Shown here piece by piece: positions 5,968-9,301 of a DNA stretch of 9,301 bases (the first letter of the stretch is position 1; each line of letters starts with the position of its first letter). This stretch comes from a virus (Duplodnaviria > Heunggongvirae > Uroviricota > Caudoviricetes). Where the stretch lies: IMG/VR virus record IMGVR_UViG_2703719389_000008. The stretch is one strand, 5' to 3'. The notes under the pieces were generated by a model. That model searched no databases. It was given only the letters and a program-made list of their open reading frames with translations, and had not been told where the DNA came from. The position numbers and the translations under genes are program-made.

Positions 5968-6918
5968 TTACCCTCTGAATCCCGGCGGAATTTCGGTGTC
6001 CGGTTCAGAAATATGATTAACACAACGCTGGTTGTTCGTGCCGCTTACCGGGAGCAACCAGGGGTTTTCAAAATTCCGGTCCGGTCCAAAAAACGTCGTC
6101 GCTCGCTGAACAAATTCCGTTCCCGTTTTCCCGGTAGCAGCCAGGTATCTTGTGTAACGCCTTACACCATCCAGCATGGCCTCTGGTGGCACCCCCTCGC
6201 GTAATCTGGCCTTCCAGGCACTGAAAGCGGATTTCTTCGGGTTTGCCCCGGCTCGTAACGGGTATTCCCGCCAGACCTGTTCGAACACATCCGGATAATC
6301 CACTCGTCCCACAGGCTGCCCGGTGTTTTCCGGGACTACCCGATCGGCTTCCCGCTGAATGGCGGAATCGGCTTCAGGCTGCTGCAGTTGGTGTGATTGC
6401 TCCGGCCCAGCGGTCATCGCCTGCTGCACAGCGCCCGAATCGGCTTTCAGCGCATACGCTGAATCGGCTTCCGGTGTCGTGCCTGCGGGCTGGCCAGGAG
6501 TGACGGTCTGAACATCCCCTACATGGTTCGTGGCGTTTTTTACGCCATGGACCATAGTGTTTTGATCTTCTTTATCTGTATCTCTATCTGTATCTTTATC
6601 TGTCGTGACTCGTCGTGACATGTGCGTGACATTTCGTGACGCGCCGTGACAATCGCCATTTTGTTCCCGCTTTCTTTCCCTCTCACGCTGCGCCCTCTTG
6701 CGCTCTGCCGGAGATTTTGCGGTTTGCGAAATATTGCCGTTGTCCTCTTTAAGCACCTGGCGTTTTTCCCATCCAGTGATTAAATCACCATCAAGTACCC
6801 GCCCCTGCATCGTCTGCAAAATTGAATCAATTACCTCTTCTGTCACGTCGAGCGCACTTGCCAAATCTTCTGTCGTGACATCAATGTGACCTCGCGTGAC
6901 ATTTCGTGACGCGCTCAC
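5968..6918 (-). CDS. Phage replication initiator (replisome-organizer type), main reading frame, with repeat-encoded low-complexity linker and DnaD/phage-associated-like C-terminal domain
   Basis: 316-aa ORF (GTG at 6918). Aa 15-40 EDLASALDVTEEVIDSILQTMQGRVL match the second half of the replisome-organizer N-terminal domain; linker TDKDTDRDTDKED is encoded by DNA direct repeats; C-terminal block VWREYP...AWKARL...RYTRYL...ATTFF...ENPW. Sits directly after ydaS-ydaT, the O position of a lambdoid phage. Confidence 0.7.
   Translation of the reverse strand: MSASRNVTRGHIDVTTEDLASALDVTEEVIDSILQTMQGRVLDGDLITGWEKRQVLKEDNGNISQTAKSPAERKRAQRERERKREQNGDCHGASRNVTHMSRRVTTDKDTDRDTDKEDQNTMVHGVKNATNHVGDVQTVTPGQPAGTTPEADSAYALKADSGAVQQAMTAGPEQSHQLQQPEADSAIQREADRVVPENTGQPVGRVDYPDVFEQVWREYPLRAGANPKKSAFSAWKARLREGVPPEAMLDGVRRYTRYLAATGKTGTEFVQRATTFFGPDRNFENPWLLPVSGTNNQRCVNHISEPDTEIPPGFRG
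6561..6650. repeat. Origin-like repeat block: three 12-bp tandem repeats in an AT-rich stretch plus five helically phased CGTGAC hexamers
   Basis: 12-bp units ATCTGTATCTCT / ATCTGTATCTTT / ATCTGTCGTGAC at 6574, 6586, 6598. CGTGAC at 6604, 6614, 6625, 6635, 6645 (10-11 bp spacing). Lies inside the replication gene. Confidence 0.6.
6874..6914. repeat. Second phased hexamer array, including a 21-bp exact direct repeat of the origin-like block
   Basis: (C/T)GTGAC at 6874, 6885, 6895, 6905. GCGTGACATTTCGTGACGCGC at 6894..6914 is identical to 6624..6644. Confidence 0.55.
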
Positions 6919-7039
6919 CAGGAGCGTGGATATACACTGCCATCACTGTTGCAATTGGCTGCCCTGACACCCTGGCAATTGTTCGCCACTTAGGGTCATT
7001 TGGCATGTCATGCCATAATCTGAGCCAGGCGTTAGCCAT
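6881..7039 (-). pseudogene. N-terminal fragment of the replication initiator in a different frame (52 codons); apparent +1 frame break relative to 5968..6918
   Basis: ATG at 7039 preceded by GAGGTGAG Shine-Dalgarno. Translation MANAWLRLWHDMPNDPKWRTIARVSGQPIATVMAVYIHAPGERVTKCHARSH (verified codon by codon) carries the W-L-[KR]-L...D-P-K signature of replisome-organizer N-terminal domains. Ends at TGA 6881..6883 inside the hexamer array. Confidence 0.4.
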
Positions 7040-7110
7040 ACTCACCTCTTCTGATACCGAATCTTTTTACTCACGAATTGCCGGAAGCGATTCGATATGG
7101 CTATTGTCAG

Positions 7111-7536
7111 TCAATGTACTGCCACAGCATTTCCTGCCGGGCCACCACGGTTCATCTGATTGAAACCGGCGATTGCCACTGCGACAAAATCATCAGCGTC
7201 TCTCACCAGTCGCTCCCGCGTCTCCACCAACTCCCGAAAATAAGCTGAACTGTGGCTGCGCATTCTGGCCACCAGCAAAGGTGGCATTGCCTTTTCGATC
7301 GCTGGTAACAACGCCTGAATTTTTTCAACTGCATCAGGGGTGTCTTTCTCTACCCAGCGGAAAATTTTCTGGGTATTGCGAGCCAGGGCTTCCGGATGGC
7401 TGTCGTCATACAGTTCAGGAAACGTCATACCCAACTCAAAATAAGCCTGGGTTATTCCAGCTGCTGGAACTTTTTCGCCATCAGGACGCGCCCAGGCATT
7501 CATCGCCATGCGGATGTGTTCATGCTTGATTTTCAT
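7111..7536 (-). CDS. ydaT: YdaT-family protein (141 aa), CII-like position in the early-right operon
   Basis: N-terminus MKIKHEHI... characteristic of the Rac YdaT family; start overlaps the ydaS stop by 17 nt. Confidence 0.8.
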   Translation of the reverse strand: MKIKHEHIRMAMNAWARPDGEKVPAAGITQAYFELGMTFPELYDDSHPEALARNTQKIFRWVEKDTPDAVEKIQALLPAIEKAMPPLLVARMRSHSSAYFRELVETRERLVRDADDFVAVAIAGFNQMNRGGPAGNAVAVH

Positions 7537-7801
7537 GAATCAAGCTCCTAGTAAGTGGTTGTGTTAACGTTTTGGTATCTTCCAGCTCGGGCCAAATATT
7601 CATCCAATCAAAAGGCCTTAGTTGCTGACGTGTAACTTCACCATTACTGGCTCGCTCAATAAGGACACATAACGATGCCCCTAACATTTGACCTTTACTC
7701 AATGCCTTTCTTAGATAACCGATGCTAGTACCACACTCACATGCAAACATACGCTGTTCATCTGACGAAAGAGAATTGAGAAATATTCTTAATTCTTCCA
7801 T
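7520..7801 (-). CDS. ydaS: Cro-like HTH regulator, YdaS family (93 aa)
   Basis: HTH segment GTSIGYLRKALSKGQ and conserved E(V)TRQQLRPFDW block; AAGGAG RBS 5 nt upstream of ATG 7801; divergent from the repressor gene. Confidence 0.75.
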   Translation of the reverse strand: MEELRIFLNSLSSDEQRMFACECGTSIGYLRKALSKGQMLGASLCVLIERASNGEVTRQQLRPFDWMNIWPELEDTKTLTQPLTRSLIHENQA

Positions 7802-7826
7802 AGCTACTCCTTAGTAAACACAGCAA

Positions 7827-7895
7827 AGAATACCCACAGGTAAACAAAAGTCAATACCCTTGGGTTGTTTACCTTGCGGTAATCGCATCTATTAT
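7827..7895. promoter_or_regulatory. Divergent immunity promoters with operator repeats
   Basis: Minus strand: -35 TTGACT (7849..7854) and -10 TATTCT (7827..7832), 16-bp spacer, driving ydaS. Plus strand: -35 TTGTTT (7865..7870) and -10 TATTAT (7890..7895) ending 6 nt before ATG 7902. 10-bp inverted repeat AGGTAAACAA (7838..7847) / TTGTTTACCT (7865..7874), third GTAAACA at 7815..7821, plus TACCC-N2-GGGT(A/T) half-palindromes at 7831..7842 and 7855..7866. Confidence 0.5.
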
Positions 7896-7901
7896 TTACC
7901 T

Positions 7902-8321
7902 ATGGACAAATATGAATTTAGACGACAACAACTCATCAAAATTCGTGATGAGAAATGCGATGGTAAAGCGGTTAACGTGGCCAGAAAGATCGGTCGCGAG
8001 CCTTCTTATGTATCAAGAATGTTGTACCCAGAGGGGAAAAAAGGAAAAAAACGGATCGCTGATGATATGGTGGAGATTATAGAAGAGTCCTTTGGGTTAC
8101 CCCGGGGATGGATGGATGGTATCGTTTCATCATCAACGAACACAGCCTCCAATTATGAAACAAGGGTTCTAACGCCACGACAACGTATTTTTTTAGATCT
8201 CTTAGACGAACTGCCAGAAAGTGAAGCGGATAACTTATTAAAAACTCTTGAAGAGAAAAAACAGTATTACAATATGATCTACGAAGAAATCCGTAAAAAG
8301 AAAGCACAAAACGCATCATAA
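7902..8321 (+). CDS. CI-like prophage repressor (RacR/DicA-type HTH protein, 139 aa)
   Basis: HTH segment GKAVNVARKIGREPSYVSRML and C-terminal LDLLDELPESEADNLL, similar in layout to DicA/RacR-type repressors. No Shine-Dalgarno before ATG 7902 and a -10 just upstream, consistent with a leaderless cI-like transcript. The track's TTG start at 7860 is rejected. Confidence 0.7.
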   Translation: MDKYEFRRQQLIKIRDEKCDGKAVNVARKIGREPSYVSRMLYPEGKKGKKRIADDMVEIIEESFGLPRGWMDGIVSSSTNTASNYETRVLTPRQRIFLDLLDELPESEADNLLKTLEEKKQYYNMIYEEIRKKKAQNAS

Positions 8322-8363
8322 CTCACCAAACAACCAGTCACCAGTTAAGACACATCAAAAAAT

Positions 8364-8403
8364 TACCCATGGGTATTTACTTTTTGGATACCCATGGGTA
8401 TCC
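8364..8403. promoter_or_regulatory. Pair of perfect palindromes upstream of ydfA, candidate operator
   Basis: TACCCATGGGTA at 8364..8375 and GGATACCCATGGGTATCC at 8386..8403, centres 25 bp apart. Confidence 0.4.
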
Positions 8404-8586
8404 TTCCTTTCATACCAACCCACCCCACCCCACAGAATGCAGGGCAATACTTCGAGTTACCAGGCAGTGGTCAGGGGTTAAGTAGCCAGCCCGAGGCGTA
8501 AGAACATGACGGCAGGGTTCAACTTTAATAACTATGCAGCAGGTTTTTGTTCCGCTACCCCGGCGTTAAGGGGAAATGAGGTCAAC

Positions 8587-8742
8587 ATGGATACTATCGA
8601 TCTTGGCAACAACGAATCTCTGGTGTACGGCGTGTTTCCCAACCAGGACGGTACGTTCACCGCGATGACGTATACCAAAAGCAAAACGTTTAAAACCGAA
8701 AATGGTGCCCGTCGCTGGCTGGAAAGAAACTCAGGTGAGTGA
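8587..8742 (+). CDS. ydfA: YdfA-like small protein (51 aa)
   Basis: Translation MDTIDLGNNESLVYGVFPNQDGTFTAMTYTKSKTFKTENGARRWLERNSGE matches K-12 Qin YdfA in length (51 aa); sequence agreement is from memory. GAGGT RBS before ATG 8587; the track's 8506 start is an upstream in-frame extension. Confidence 0.75.
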   Translation: MDTIDLGNNESLVYGVFPNQDGTFTAMTYTKSKTFKTENGARRWLERNSGE

Positions 8743-8743
8743 T

Positions 8744-8872
8744 ATGGATTTCGACACAATCATGGAAAAGGCTTACGAAGAATACTTCGAAGGTCTTGCC
8801 GAAGGCGAAGAAGCTCTCAGCTTCAACGAATTTAAACAGGCGCTTTCCAGTTCGGCAAAATCTAACGGCTGA
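8744..8872 (+). CDS. ydfB: YdfB-like small protein (42 aa)
   Basis: Translation MDFDTIMEKAYEEYFEGLAEGEEALSFNEFKQALSSSAKSNG. ATG 8744 lies 1 nt after the ydfA stop with AGGTGAG RBS. Below the ORF-track size cutoff. Matches YdfB in size and position. Confidence 0.7.
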   Translation: MDFDTIMEKAYEEYFEGLAEGEEALSFNEFKQALSSSAKSNG

Positions 8873-8901
8873 TAAGCGAAACAGCACCGCGAGGAATCAG
8901 T

Positions 8902-9120
8902 ATGCAGAAACGAGAACCCGTCATCATCGCGCCAGACTATACCGATGATGAACTTTATGAGTGGATGCACCAGAAAATTAATGCAGCGCAGGATCTGAAA
9001 TGGGCCAATGAAGCCAGAGCTAAGCAGGCTGAAAATCTGTCCGCTCTGGAGCAGGATATCACCAATCTGGAAAAAGCAGCGGCATTAAGCATTGCCAGAA
9101 TGATTACATACCCGCGTTAG
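8902..9120 (+). CDS. ydfC: YdfC-like protein (72 aa)
   Basis: GAGGAA RBS before ATG 8902; size and position after ydfA/ydfB match Qin ydfC. Confidence 0.75.
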   Translation: MQKREPVIIAPDYTDDELYEWMHQKINAAQDLKWANEARAKQAENLSALEQDITNLEKAAALSIARMITYPR

Positions 9121-9301
9121 TAGCTAATCAACAAAGCTAAGGTTAGTAATTAAGGAGTTCTCCACGGGTGAGGTGGAGTGCGTGCGCCGGACACGGGTGA
9201 GCATCCGGCATTGACAGTTTACTGAAAGGATATTTCCCTGAAAAGTCAGACCATAACGCGAAAGCGCACGGCGAGGTAGCTGGTTCATAGATAGCCTGTC
9301 G

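Larger units (their letters stand above)
1..9301. mobile_element. Segment of a lambdoid (Rac/Qin-type) prophage: nin-like accessory region, replication module, divergent immunity switch, ydfABC cluster
   Basis: Gene content and order: Hok toxin, Ren-like gene, replication gene with internal ori repeats, YdaT, Cro-like YdaS, divergent CI-like repressor, ydfA/ydfB/ydfC. Prophage boundaries are not in the window. Confidence 0.7.

Noticed and set aside
6561-6650. Possible CRISPR array
   Set aside because: The repeats are 6-12 bp with no unique spacers of CRISPR length, and they lie inside a coding sequence; they fit origin iterons.
6013-7163. Plus-strand ORFs 6013..6204, 6243..6503, 6698..6889, 6906..7163
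   Set aside because: Antisense shadows of the replication gene and its upstream region; no start signals, Arg/Pro-rich translations.
7173-7529. Plus-strand ORF antisense to ydaT
   Set aside because: Entirely within ydaT on the opposite strand; ydaT has the recognisable family N-terminus.
8077-8319. Minus-strand ORF inside the repressor gene
   Set aside because: Antisense shadow ORF with no RBS.
7860-8321. TTG-initiated 153-aa version of the repressor
   Set aside because: It would start inside the operator and -35 region; ATG 7902 directly after a -10 fits a leaderless cI-like transcript.
8506-8742. 78-aa extended YdfA
   Set aside because: The internal ATG 8587 has a GAGGT RBS and gives the 51-aa YdfA length; the extension has no RBS.
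8532-8970. Minus-strand ORFs 8532..8759, 8690..8887, 8773..8970 and plus-strand 8739..8948
   Set aside because: Overlap the compact ydfA-ydfB-ydfC cluster in other frames or on the other strand; no start signals.
9121-9287. 59-codon minus-strand ORF at the right edge (ATG about 9287)
   Set aside because: No RBS, runs antisense into the ydfC terminal region, and is below a credible size without support.
9121-9301. DicF small RNA at the K-12-equivalent position after ydfC
   Set aside because: I could not find the DicF-like GC stem plus T-run; the region is reported only as an unexplained structured stretch.

Overview
This window reads as an accessory-rich slice of a lambdoid (Rac/Qin-type) prophage from an E. 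coli-like genome; all calls are from reading the sequence and recalled family motifs, with no database search run. On the minus strand the order mirrors a lambda early-right operon: Cro-like ydaS (7520..7801), ydaT (7111..7536), a replisome-organizer-type replication gene with an origin-like repeat block inside it (5968..7039, apparently frame-disrupted), a Ren-like gene split at an A8 run (5522..5930), a 932-aa intact ORF (2480..5278), a Hok-family toxin with a clean terminator (2047..2202), then a tandemly repeated two-gene module flanking an 83-aa gene (1..2008). On the plus strand a CI-like repressor (7902..8321) is divergent from ydaS, followed by ydfA-ydfB-ydfC. The strongest candidate for an undescribed system is the 932-aa protein: an N-terminal PD-(D/E)xK-like nuclease motif, a STAND/NB-ARC-type NTPase (Walker A GLSGAGKT, Walker B LVLVLDN, GGLPL, VHD), about 400 aa of helical TPR-like repeats and a C-terminal SEC-C zinc-ribbon motif. 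This is the architecture of a single-gene NLR-like antiviral sensor, sitting behind its own AT-rich leader in the prophage nin-like hotspot. Several backbone genes look decayed while this ORF is intact.
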